Source of the DNA: Alphaproteobacteria bacterium
Lineage (GTDB): Bacteria; Pseudomonadota; Alphaproteobacteria; Micavibrionales; UBA2020
Assembly: GCA_021413445.1 (NCBI GenBank)
Contig: JAIOQI010000056.1
Span: 5,730 to 69,729, forward strand
Reading direction: 5' to 3'
DNA: 64,000 bases
The notes under the pieces are model-generated. The model worked only from the letters and a program-made list of their open reading frames with translations, made no database searches and was not told the origin of the DNA. Below are positions 50,655-59,548 of the stretch, piece after piece. How positions within the stretch are numbered: position 1 is the first letter of the stretch; every line of letters starts with the position of its first letter. The position numbers were made by a program, and so were the translations under genes.

Positions 50655-51466
50655 CCCATGACTGGCTCCCAGCTTTGGCCGAACTGCGGGATAAAAGCGT
50701 TCCCTGCGTGCTGATTACGGTGATGGCGGCCAAAGGCTCGACGCCGCGCGAAGCGGGAACCAAGATGGTGGTGACGGCGGATAAGCAGTTCGGCACCATC
50801 GGCGGCGGCAATCTGGAGTTTCAGGCCATCGACGAGGCGCGCAAGCTGCTCGCCGCCGCCGCATCAACGGCCAAAACAAAAAGCTATCCCCTCGGCCCCG
50901 CGCTGGCGCAATGCTGCGGCGGGGCGGTGACGGTTTTTCTGGAGCCCTTCATTCCTTCCGGCAAGACGCTGCTGCTGTTCGGCGCCGGCCACGTGGGGCG
51001 CGAGGTGGTGAAAGTGCTGGAAGGGCTGCCCGTCAAGATACGCTGGGTCGATGAGCGGGCGGAAGAATTTCCGGTGGAGTTGCCGCAGAACTGCGAAAAG
51101 ATCGTAACGGCGCGGCCGGTGGCGAAGCTGCAGGATATTTCCGCCAACACTTATATCGTCGTGATGACGCACAGTCACCAGCTTGATTTCGAAATTGTGA
51201 AAGAGGCTTTGAAGAAGGGCAGTTTCGCCTATCTGGGGCTGATCGGCTCCGACACCAAGGCGGCGCGCTTCAGGAAACGCCTGCGCGACGCCGGGCTTGA
51301 TGCAAGCAGGCTGACCTGCCCGATCGGCATCGAGGGCGTCAACGGCAAGCATCCGCGCGAGATTGCGGTTTCCGTCGCGGCGGAGCTGCTGCAACTGGGG
51401 CTGACGCAAACAGCCGCAACCAAGAGGGAAGAAGATGACTGTCACGGTCAACGCGCCAAGGGTTAG
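50651..51466 (+). CDS. xdhC: xanthine dehydrogenase accessory protein XdhC
   Basis: 271 aa. XdhC/CoxI layout (GGGNLE, GAGHVGR). ATGA overlap with xdhB. Confidence 0.85.
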   Translation: MTHDWLPALAELRDKSVPCVLITVMAAKGSTPREAGTKMVVTADKQFGTIGGGNLEFQAIDEARKLLAAAASTAKTKSYPLGPALAQCCGGAVTVFLEPFIPSGKTLLLFGAGHVGREVVKVLEGLPVKIRWVDERAEEFPVELPQNCEKIVTARPVAKLQDISANTYIVVMTHSHQLDFEIVKEALKKGSFAYLGLIGSDTKAARFRKRLRDAGLDASRLTCPIGIEGVNGKHPREIAVSVAAELLQLGLTQTAATKREEDDCHGQRAKG

Positions 51467-53003
51467 GGGGCAGGAGAGGATCCTTTCCCCCGCCGCCCTT
51501 AAATTCCTGGAGGGGATCGAGAGGAAGTTCGGCGCGCGCCGCCGCGCCTTGCTGGATGATCGCGTCAAACGGCAGCAGGAGCTGGACAAAACCGGCACGC
51601 TGGATTTTCCGGCAGAGACGGCGGGGATCCGCGCCGCCGACTGGTCGATCCGCCCCATCCCCGACGAGCTGCAGGACCGCCGCGTGGAAATCACCGGCCC
51701 GGTCGAGCGCAAGATGGTGATTAATGCCCTCAACTCGGGCGCCAACGTCTTCATGGCGGATTTCGAGGATTCCAACACCCCGACCTGGGCCAACCAGATC
51801 AACGGCCAGATCAACCTGCTCGACGCCAACCTCGGCACGATCAGCTTTCACGATCTGTCCTCCGGCAAAGATTACCTCCTGAAGCAAAAGCACGCCATCC
51901 TGATGGTGCGGCCGCGCGGACTGCACATGGAGGAAAAACACCTGACGCTGGAAGGGAAATATTTTTCGGCGTCGTTTTTCGATTTCGGCCTTTACCTGTT
52001 CCACAACGTCCAAGTTTTGATGGATAAGGGCTCCGGCCCTTATTTTTATCTGCCCAAGCTGGAAAGCTATCATGAGGCGCGGCTGTGGAATGATGTCCTG
52101 TCCTATGCGGAAGACACTTTGGGGCTGGCGCGGGGGACGATCCGCGTCACGGTGCTGATCGAGACGATCACCGCCGCCTTCCAGATGGACGAAATCCTGT
52201 CCGAGCTCCGCGACCATATCACCGGGCTGAACTGCGGGCGCTGGGATTATATTTTCAGTTTCATCAAGTGTTTTGCCAGCCATAAGGATTTCGTTTTTCC
52301 GGACCGCGACGATCTGGCGATGACCTGCCCTTTCCTCCACTCTTACAGCCTGAACCTGATTAAAACCTGCCACCGCCGCAAGGCGCATGCGATGGGCGGC
52401 ATGGCGGCGCAGATTCCGGTCAAGAACGACGAAGAGGCGAACCGCGCCGCCATGGAGAAGGTGACTGCCGACAAGGAGCGCGAGGCAGCGGACGGTCACG
52501 ACGGCACCTGGGTCGCGCATCCGGGCTTGGTGCAGAAGGCGCGCGAGATCTTCAGTCACGCCATGCCGGGCGCCAACCAGATCGGCAAGCCGAGGCGCGA
52601 TCCGCATATCACCGCGCAGGACCTGCTGGCCATCCCCTCGGGGTCGATCACCGAGGAGGGGGTGCGCAGGAACATCAATGTCGGGCTGCTGTATTTGCGC
52701 GCCTGGCTGAGCGGCAACGGCTGCGTGCCGATCCATCACCAGATGGAAGACGCCGCGACGGCGGAAATTTCACGCACCCAGCTCTGGCAGTGGCGCCGCC
52801 ACAAGGCGAAGCTGAAGGACGGCCGGGTGATCGACGACGCGCTGATGGAAACCTTCCTGAAAGAAGAGGAGGACAAGCTGGGCGGCGATAGGTATTCGCG
52901 CGATGCGGCATCCCTGTTCCATCATCTGGTGATGTCGCCGGCGCTGGAGGATTTTTTAACGACCAAGGCCTATGACATGGTGCTTAATTATGAAGGGGAG
53001 TGA
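51435..53003 (+). CDS. aceB: malate synthase A
   Basis: 522 aa. Block VLIETITAAFQMDEILSELRDHITGLNCGRWDYIFS is typical of malate synthase A. Confidence 0.85.
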   Translation: MTVTVNAPRVRGQERILSPAALKFLEGIERKFGARRRALLDDRVKRQQELDKTGTLDFPAETAGIRAADWSIRPIPDELQDRRVEITGPVERKMVINALNSGANVFMADFEDSNTPTWANQINGQINLLDANLGTISFHDLSSGKDYLLKQKHAILMVRPRGLHMEEKHLTLEGKYFSASFFDFGLYLFHNVQVLMDKGSGPYFYLPKLESYHEARLWNDVLSYAEDTLGLARGTIRVTVLIETITAAFQMDEILSELRDHITGLNCGRWDYIFSFIKCFASHKDFVFPDRDDLAMTCPFLHSYSLNLIKTCHRRKAHAMGGMAAQIPVKNDEEANRAAMEKVTADKEREAADGHDGTWVAHPGLVQKAREIFSHAMPGANQIGKPRRDPHITAQDLLAIPSGSITEEGVRRNINVGLLYLRAWLSGNGCVPIHHQMEDAATAEISRTQLWQWRRHKAKLKDGRVIDDALMETFLKEEEDKLGGDRYSRDAASLFHHLVMSPALEDFLTTKAYDMVLNYEGE

Positions 53004-53005
53004 AC

Positions 53006-54202
53006 ATGGATATTGATTTTTCAGCCTGGCTGGGCCTAGCGCTGCGCTGGTTTCATCTGATGGCCGGGATCATGTGGATCGGCACGTCGTTTTATTTCAT
53101 CTGGCTGCAGAATGCCCTGAAACCCCCTCAATCAAAAGAGGACAAGAAGGCGGGCGTCGCGGGCGAGGCATGGCTGGTGCACGGCGGCGGTTTTTACCAC
53201 AACAAGAAATACGCCGTCGCCCCCGAGCACATGCCGGAGGACCTGCATTGGTTCAAATGGGAAGCCTATTTCACCTGGATCAGCGGCATGTTGCTGCTGG
53301 GGCTGGTTTATTACTACGGCGCCAGCCTCTACCTGATCGACCGCACCAAGAACAACCTCGACCCGTCAGAGGCGGTGCTGATCGGCCTCGCTTTTATTAT
53401 CGGCGGGTGGTTTTTTTATGACGGCTTGTGCAAAACGAGTGTCGGCAAGAATAACGGGCTGTTCGGCCTGATCTGGTTTGCGGCGCTGACGGCGGCGGCC
53501 TATGCGCTGAACCAGTTCTTCTCGGGGCGCGGCGCGTTTATCCATGTCGGCGCCATTATCGGCACGGTGATGGCGGCCAATGTTTTCGCCATCATCATTC
53601 CCAACCAGAAAAAAGTCGTCGCCTCCCTGCTGGCCGGGGAAAAGCCCGACCCCTATCTCGGTAAAAAGGCCGGACAGCGTTCGCTGCATAACAACTACAT
53701 GACCTTGCCGGTGCTGCTCATCATGATCAGCAACCATTATCCGATGTTGTTCGGCAACCCCCATAACTGGCTGATATTGGCAGGGTTGAGCGTGGCGGCC
53801 TGGCTGATCCGCCATTTCTTCAACCTGGATGAAATGGGGATTAAAAATTACTGGTACGCGGCGGCGGGGGTTGCCGGGTTTGTCCTGGTGATGCTGCTGG
53901 TGTCCGGCGGCGGGAAGCCCCCGGCCTCCGCGACCGGGCAGGTTTCGCCCGCGGAAGTGCGCCAGATCGTCCGCACCCATTGCAGCGCCTGCCACAGCGA
54001 CACACCGACCTATGAAGGTATTACTGAAGCGCCGACGGGCGTGATGTTCGACACCATGGAAGAGATTAAGAAGTATGCCCCGCGCATCATCGTCCGCGCT
54101 GTTCAGGACGGCACGATGCCGCTCGGCAATACCACAAATATGACGGACGAGGAGCGGAAGAAACTGGGGGTTGGGTTGAGAGAGCTGTCTCCCTCACCCT
54201 AG
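53006..54202 (+). CDS. puuD: urate hydroxylase PuuD (membrane, cytochrome c domain)
   Basis: About 398 aa. Multi-TM DUF989-like N-region and a C-terminal haem site CSACHS. The ORF opens at GTG 53000. Confidence 0.8.
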   Translation: MDIDFSAWLGLALRWFHLMAGIMWIGTSFYFIWLQNALKPPQSKEDKKAGVAGEAWLVHGGGFYHNKKYAVAPEHMPEDLHWFKWEAYFTWISGMLLLGLVYYYGASLYLIDRTKNNLDPSEAVLIGLAFIIGGWFFYDGLCKTSVGKNNGLFGLIWFAALTAAAYALNQFFSGRGAFIHVGAIIGTVMAANVFAIIIPNQKKVVASLLAGEKPDPYLGKKAGQRSLHNNYMTLPVLLIMISNHYPMLFGNPHNWLILAGLSVAAWLIRHFFNLDEMGIKNYWYAAAGVAGFVLVMLLVSGGGKPPASATGQVSPAEVRQIVRTHCSACHSDTPTYEGITEAPTGVMFDTMEEIKKYAPRIIVRAVQDGTMPLGNTTNMTDEERKKLGVGLRELSPSP

Positions 54203-54237
54203 GTCGTATGGACAAAGGATTGAGTGTAAACTGACGA

Positions 54238-54891
54238 TTACATCCGCAGGCGTTTTGCTGCCTGTTTCATGTCTGCTGAAGTCTCATTCAACATCGCTGA
54301 CCTCTCTTGCATGGCTAAGTGTGTATTTTCAAGGGCTGTTTGAATCCTCCCGAACGACTCCGTTAGTTTTTCAATATCCAACGGCTTTTTAAGGTTGGAA
54401 AGATATTTATTAAGAGCTTCTGTATTTTCAGTTTGGCGTTCTTCCGGGGTCTTTTCCCTTGTAAAAAAATCTTTTATAGAAAGAGACGTCGCTTCGTCAA
54501 AGCCTTTGCAAAAATTAAAAACAGAGTCCTTCTTTCGCAACTCAACGCTCTCATCGACGCCCTTCAGTGTCGTTTTGACCGCGCGCCCGGCATTTTTGCA
54601 CCATTCGCCCAAGACTTTAACCCCGCCTTTAAGGCCGAATTGAGATACTAAACCGCCGACTGACATGACGCCGGTACTGATTGCCAAGATTGGTAAGACC
54701 GCAGAGGCGATCATGAAAGGGGTGGAAAGCGCAACCGCTAAACCGCATACGGCAGCCATACCAAAGACAGCTCTAACAAGCATACTGGCTATACTCCCGT
54801 TATAGGTAGAGAAATGGTATTGTTCTATCAGCTCGCCAAAGTTACTTTTGTATTTCTCAACGGACAGATTGTTTCTGAATTTCTTAAACAT
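54238..54891 (-). CDS. Inc-like membrane protein, paralogue D (AT-rich)
   Basis: Start at MFKKFRNN (aaggggag RBS). Same architecture as 9406-11607: N-helical region, ~55-aa bilobed hydrophobic domain, coiled C-terminus. Confidence 0.55.
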   Translation of the reverse strand: MFKKFRNNLSVEKYKSNFGELIEQYHFSTYNGSIASMLVRAVFGMAAVCGLAVALSTPFMIASAVLPILAISTGVMSVGGLVSQFGLKGGVKVLGEWCKNAGRAVKTTLKGVDESVELRKKDSVFNFCKGFDEATSLSIKDFFTREKTPEERQTENTEALNKYLSNLKKPLDIEKLTESFGRIQTALENTHLAMQERSAMLNETSADMKQAAKRLRM

Positions 54892-55007
54892 GATCGGCTC
54901 CCCTTTGATTGAAAGTATAAAAGAGCCTATCATGATTTATGTAATATGTAAATATATATTTTATAAATCATTGTTTAAATTGAATTTTTTCAGTGTGATG
55001 GCAGTGC

Positions 55008-55079
55008 TTTCATCCTGAGCTGAAGGCGAGAATCTCGTTGCTATGACTGGAGATTCTTCGCTGCGCTCAGAATGACAAG
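55008..55079. repeat. palindromic GTCAT..GAGC element
   Basis: ctttcatcctgagctgaaggcgagaatctc, inverted relative to gagattcttcgctgcgctcagaatgacaag. Confidence 0.7.
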
Positions 55080-55100
55080 TCAAAACCGCGAAAACCCGGT

Positions 55101-55451
55101 TTAGCTCCCCCGGTAGGTGCTATACCCGAATGGCGAGACCAGCAGCGGCACGTGATAATGCGCCCCCGCGTCGGCGATGCCGAAGTTGATGACGACCGTG
55201 CCGAGAAACGGCGTCTTGGCGAGCTTGACGCCTTTGGCCTTGAAATAGGCGGCGACGTCGAATTCGAGGCGGTAGGTTCCGGCCTTCAAATCCTTGCCCG
55301 CAAGAATGGGCGCGTCGCAGCGCCCGTCGGCATTGGTCTTGGTCTTGACCAGCAGGGTATCTTTTTTGCCGCACTTATAAAGGCGCAGGGCGATGCCCGC
55401 AGCCGGACAGCCGTGAGCGGTGTCCAGCACATGCGTTGTTAACTTGCCCAT
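55101..55451 (-). CDS. hiuH: 5-hydroxyisourate hydrolase (transthyretin-like)
   Basis: About 116 aa from MGKLTTHVLD. C-terminal signature YSTYRGS. Confidence 0.9.
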   Translation of the reverse strand: MGKLTTHVLDTAHGCPAAGIALRLYKCGKKDTLLVKTKTNADGRCDAPILAGKDLKAGTYRLEFDVAAYFKAKGVKLAKTPFLGTVVINFGIADAGAHYHVPLLVSPFGYSTYRGS

Positions 55452-55504
55452 TTCTTCACTCCTTGCTAAAATCAACCATCATTTTCCTCCATTATAGGGC
55501 TTTC

Positions 55505-56410
55505 ATGGAAAAAAACACCCCCAAAGATACGCGCGATTATGCCGGCTATGGCGAAAATCCCCCCGACCCGAAATGGCCGGGCGGGGCGCGGATCGCGGTG
55601 CAGATCGTGCTTAATTATGAGGAGGGCGGGGAGAACTGCGTCCTGAACGGTGACAGCGGCTCGGAAACCTTCCTCTCGGAAATCATCGGCGCGGCGAAAT
55701 ACGAAGGCGCGCGGCACATGAGCATGGAATCCCTCTATGAATACGGCAGCCGCGCCGGAGTGTGGCGGCTGCTGCGGCTGTTCAAGAAATATAACATTCC
55801 GGTGACGATTTTCGCCGTGGCGCTGGCGCTGGAAAAATATCCGGAGCTTGCCAGGGCCTTTGTTCGCGACGGGCATGAAATCTGCTCGCACGGCTACCGC
55901 TGGATCAACTATCAGGACATCGACGAAAAGACCGAGCGCGAACATATGCGCAAGGCCATCGAGATCATCCAGCGCCTGACCGGCGAGCGTCCGCTCGGCT
56001 GGTACACCGGGCGCACCGGCCCCAACACGCGGCGGCTGGTGGCGGAGGAGGGCGGGTTCCTCTACGATGCCGACGATTACAGCGACGACCTGCCGTTCTG
56101 GGTCAGGACGGAAAGCAAGAAGCAGTTGATCGTGCCCTATACGCTGGACGTCAATGACATGCGCTTCGCCACCATGCAGGGCTTCAATTCCGGCGAGCAG
56201 TATTTCACCTACCTGAAAGACACCTTCGACACGCTCTATGCCGAGGGCGGGAAGATGATGTCGGTGGGGCTGCACTGCCGCATCGTCGGCAGGCCGGGGC
56301 GCATCGCGGCGTTGGAGCGGTTCCTGAAATATATCCAGAGCCACGACAAAGTCTGGATCTGCCGCCGCATCGACATAGCTAAGCACTGGCACAAGCATCA
56401 TGCGGGATAA
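55505..56410 (+). CDS. puuE: allantoinase PuuE (polysaccharide deacetylase family)
   Basis: About 301 aa starting MEKNTPKDTRDYAGYGENPPDPKWPGGARIAVQIVLNYEEGGE. Confidence 0.85.
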   Translation: MEKNTPKDTRDYAGYGENPPDPKWPGGARIAVQIVLNYEEGGENCVLNGDSGSETFLSEIIGAAKYEGARHMSMESLYEYGSRAGVWRLLRLFKKYNIPVTIFAVALALEKYPELARAFVRDGHEICSHGYRWINYQDIDEKTEREHMRKAIEIIQRLTGERPLGWYTGRTGPNTRRLVAEEGGFLYDADDYSDDLPFWVRTESKKQLIVPYTLDVNDMRFATMQGFNSGEQYFTYLKDTFDTLYAEGGKMMSVGLHCRIVGRPGRIAALERFLKYIQSHDKVWICRRIDIAKHWHKHHAG

Positions 56411-56870
56411 GCAGGAATTTTTGAAAAAATACGGCGGCATCTACGAACATTCGCCGTGGATCGCCGAAGCGGGTTTTGCGGCGGGGGCGGAAACGCTCGA
56501 TGACATCCATGCCGCGATGAAAGCCGCCGTCACCGCCGCCAGCCGCGACAAAAAACTGGCGCTGATCTGCGCCCACCCCGACCTCGCCTGCGCCGAACGG
56601 AACCTGACGGCGGAATCAACCTCCGAACAGCAGGGCGCGGGGCTGAAAGAGTGCTCACCGGAGGAATTCGCGGAATTTCAAAAGCTGAACGCCGAATACA
56701 AAAAGAAATTCGGCTTCCCTTTCATCATCGCCGTGAAAGGTCTCAACCGGATGGACATCCTGCAAGCCTTCCGCAGCCGCATCCACAACGATGCCGCCGC
56801 TGAGTTCGACACAGCGCTGGAGCAGATACACAGAATCTCTTTGTTTAGGTTGAGGGACTTATGCAAGTAA
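56400..56870 (+). CDS. uraD: OHCU decarboxylase
   Basis: 156 aa. Block YGGIYEHSPWIAE and ...AHPDL.... Confidence 0.85.
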   Translation: MRDKQEFLKKYGGIYEHSPWIAEAGFAAGAETLDDIHAAMKAAVTAASRDKKLALICAHPDLACAERNLTAESTSEQQGAGLKECSPEEFAEFQKLNAEYKKKFGFPFIIAVKGLNRMDILQAFRSRIHNDAAAEFDTALEQIHRISLFRLRDLCK

Positions 56871-57934
56871 ATTCAATTCATGGTATTCCAAGGAAGGGAG
56901 CTTTTTCATCAAAAGAGAATGCTTCTACATGGGTACACATATTTACCAGTTATGGAATACCCGCCAGCGAGTTCCAAACTCTTTATAAAAAGCTTATGAC
57001 GAGTGGTGATGGGCAGTTACATCTGCCGAGACCTATTTGGATGGCCTTCTCCGACTTAGAAAACTTTTCTGTACCTCAAATACACTTTGAAGCCTTTTCA
57101 GGACAGCATGGAGAAATGATTTTATATCAACATAATTATGATGTTATTTTACCCAAATCCAATTTTGTTTATCTAAGCACCCCTTATCGAGACGGTGAGA
57201 AAATTTATGATGATGCAGAAGCTATTCTCGAAAAAATAAGAGGGATATCCTGCTTACTCTTCGGCAGAAATTTTCTTTATCAGAAAATAATGTCCGCTGA
57301 AATTTATAATCATCCATCAAACCGAATCGAACAAATCTCAAAAAGTACTAAAATTTTTGCAATAGCGGATGGTCCGTATGTAGGTGTTAACAATCTTCAT
57401 GAATTGGAAGAAATTGCTAAAGCCATTGCTGAAATTCAAGATGAAGATGAACGTAGAAGGGTGGATAGCGCCATACATTATTTTGTTCGTGGCATCGAAA
57501 ATAGCGATACATTTCTATACTTTTGGACCGCAACAGAAATTTTATGTGGAAAAAAAGAAAATAATGTAAAATTTATCCAGAATGCTTTGCAAGCTATTTA
57601 TCCTGGTTTTGATGTTAATCAATTTTTTGGTTTTAAGCAGTTGAAGGGTTTAAGAGATAATTGGCTTCATCGGGGAATAATTCCAGATATTAGTTCTGAT
57701 ACAATTCGTTATTTGCAATTAATGTTTTTGGATCTTTTGCGTTATAAGGCTGGGCTGGCTACCAAGAACCATCTTCAGGCGATATGTTCTTCCGCCGATT
57801 TTAACTTATCAGATATTGGATTATCTTCGAATGGTCTTGGACGGGATCGTGGAGCTTTCAGGTGGGCTAGTCCTGAAGAAAGAAAAATTAGAAGCTCCCT
57901 ATGGTGTAAAGCTGCGATAGAGTCCGAGACTTAG
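56861..57934 (+). CDS. AT-rich hypothetical protein with C-terminal HEPN-like helical domain (Rx4H)
   Basis: 357 aa. The helical C-half carries LKGLRDNWLHRG (R265-x4-H270, nt 57653-57670). Strongly AT-richer than its neighbours. Confidence 0.5.
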   Translation: MQVNSIHGIPRKGAFSSKENASTWVHIFTSYGIPASEFQTLYKKLMTSGDGQLHLPRPIWMAFSDLENFSVPQIHFEAFSGQHGEMILYQHNYDVILPKSNFVYLSTPYRDGEKIYDDAEAILEKIRGISCLLFGRNFLYQKIMSAEIYNHPSNRIEQISKSTKIFAIADGPYVGVNNLHELEEIAKAIAEIQDEDERRRVDSAIHYFVRGIENSDTFLYFWTATEILCGKKENNVKFIQNALQAIYPGFDVNQFFGFKQLKGLRDNWLHRGIIPDISSDTIRYLQLMFLDLLRYKAGLATKNHLQAICSSADFNLSDIGLSSNGLGRDRGAFRWASPEERKIRSSLWCKAAIESET

Positions 57935-58992
57935 GTTTCCATCCCATGCACCTTCAACCCATGAATCCCGCCGTTCGGGTAGTGCATATAGAGGATATGC
58001 GTCACGGGAGCGGCGTCAGGCAGCGGAAAGCGGTGGAAGGTGTCCGGCGTCAGGGCGGCGAAGGGCAGCAGCGGCTGCCACGGGCAGCCATCAGGCAGAT
58101 GCAGCTTGATCCTGAAGTTTTTTTCCGGCAGGTATTTCTGCTCCAGCATATAGGTCTGGAAATTTTCGGGCATGGCTTCTTTGCCGCTGCTGAAAACCAG
58201 CTTCCAGCGCGGGGCGAGTTTCATCAGCGCGTCGATTTTATCTTCTGAAGTGTTAAGCGCGAAAACATGGCAGCTCAGCGGCGCATTCAGCCGGTGCAGG
58301 TAGGTATCGACAACAATCTCTTCCAGCTTTGCGGGTTTTTTGAGGTGGAACAGCGCCTGCTCGCCGAAACCGGTGCGGGCGCTTTCCCAGCCGAACATGT
58401 GCATTTCCTTGCGGTTGCCCGCGACAGCGCGTGCCGGGTCGCCGTAATGGACATTCGAGATGTGGCTGATCTTTGCTCCTTCGAGCAGGTTGACTTGTTC
58501 GATCGGAGTTCCCATCGGCGTGCCGAAGAGATTGACCCTTGCGATGCCGCCTTCGTAGTAGCATTCGACCAGGCATTCCGTCGCCGGGGTCGGCGGAATG
58601 TCAAAGCTGTGTTCTGAATCGGGCTTCAGGGCTGCACGGTTGATGACTTGTTTGTTCTGTCCGGTGGTTTCGTCCTTCAGGTACACGGAAACGGCGCGCA
58701 CCTGGTTGCCGGTGTACCATTTGGTGCTGATGGTGAGGCTGCTCACTTCCGCGCGCGTCTTGAGCCCGATCAGGAACCAGTTGTGGGCGTCATGGTCGTA
58801 AGAGAACGCCTGTTCCTTTTCCAGCACCGTCGTCGCCTTGTGGCGGCGCGATTCGATGCCCCAGTATTTCGCGCCCATGTGGGTGAAATCGCCACGGCAA
58901 TCCTTCGGCTCGTCCGGCAGCACCACTTCGTGCGGGTTGGTGAAGGACGAATCCGAATAGGCGATCAGGAAGGCGGGCAGAGGATGTGTCAT
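57931..58992 (-). CDS. alc: allantoicase (divergent)
   Basis: 353 aa with two allantoicase repeats: GIESRR...WYTGN...EGGIARVNLFG, and GWESAR...NGGIHGLKVHG. Confidence 0.7.
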   Translation of the reverse strand: MTHPLPAFLIAYSDSSFTNPHEVVLPDEPKDCRGDFTHMGAKYWGIESRRHKATTVLEKEQAFSYDHDAHNWFLIGLKTRAEVSSLTISTKWYTGNQVRAVSVYLKDETTGQNKQVINRAALKPDSEHSFDIPPTPATECLVECYYEGGIARVNLFGTPMGTPIEQVNLLEGAKISHISNVHYGDPARAVAGNRKEMHMFGWESARTGFGEQALFHLKKPAKLEEIVVDTYLHRLNAPLSCHVFALNTSEDKIDALMKLAPRWKLVFSSGKEAMPENFQTYMLEQKYLPEKNFRIKLHLPDGCPWQPLLPFAALTPDTFHRFPLPDAAPVTHILYMHYPNGGIHGLKVHGMET

Positions 58993-59054
58993 GCCGCCAT
59001 CTTAGCGTCAAAAATGGGGGTTGACCATACTCGAAATTATGTAATGATAGCGCC

Positions 59055-59546
59055 ATGAAAACCCGAATTTTAAAACCCGAGCCGCTGACCGCCGCCGCTT
59101 TCGCGCCTTACGGCGACGTGATCGAATGCGCCGAGGGCAAGGTGCAGAGCATCAACTACGGCAACACGGCCTGCTTCCATGATCTGGCGCAGCTCAACCT
59201 GACGGCGGAAGGCGGGCGGCCGATTGTCCGCATTTTCCGTTCGACACCGCTGCCGCGCCCCATCCAGATTAAAATCATGGAGCGGCATCCGCTCTCCAGC
59301 CAGGCGTTTTACCCTTTGAGCGGCCGCCCCTATCTGGTGGTGGTGGCGGAAAAGGGCGACTTTGACCCGAAAAAAATCAGGGTGTTTCTGGCGGGGCCCC
59401 ATCAGGGCGTAAACTACCATGCCGGAACCTGGCATCATTTCAGCCTCGCGCTGGATGCTGTTTCGGAATTCCTGGTCATCGACCGCGGCGGGCCGGGAAA
59501 AAACTGCGACGAAGTAACACTCGACTCCATCTCTATAGACTACTGA
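59055..59546 (+). CDS. allA: ureidoglycolate lyase
   Basis: 163 aa. N-terminus ...LKPEPLTAAAFAPYGDVIE, typical of AllA. Confidence 0.85.
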   Translation: MKTRILKPEPLTAAAFAPYGDVIECAEGKVQSINYGNTACFHDLAQLNLTAEGGRPIVRIFRSTPLPRPIQIKIMERHPLSSQAFYPLSGRPYLVVVAEKGDFDPKKIRVFLAGPHQGVNYHAGTWHHFSLALDAVSEFLVIDRGGPGKNCDEVTLDSISIDY

Positions 59547-59548
59547 CC

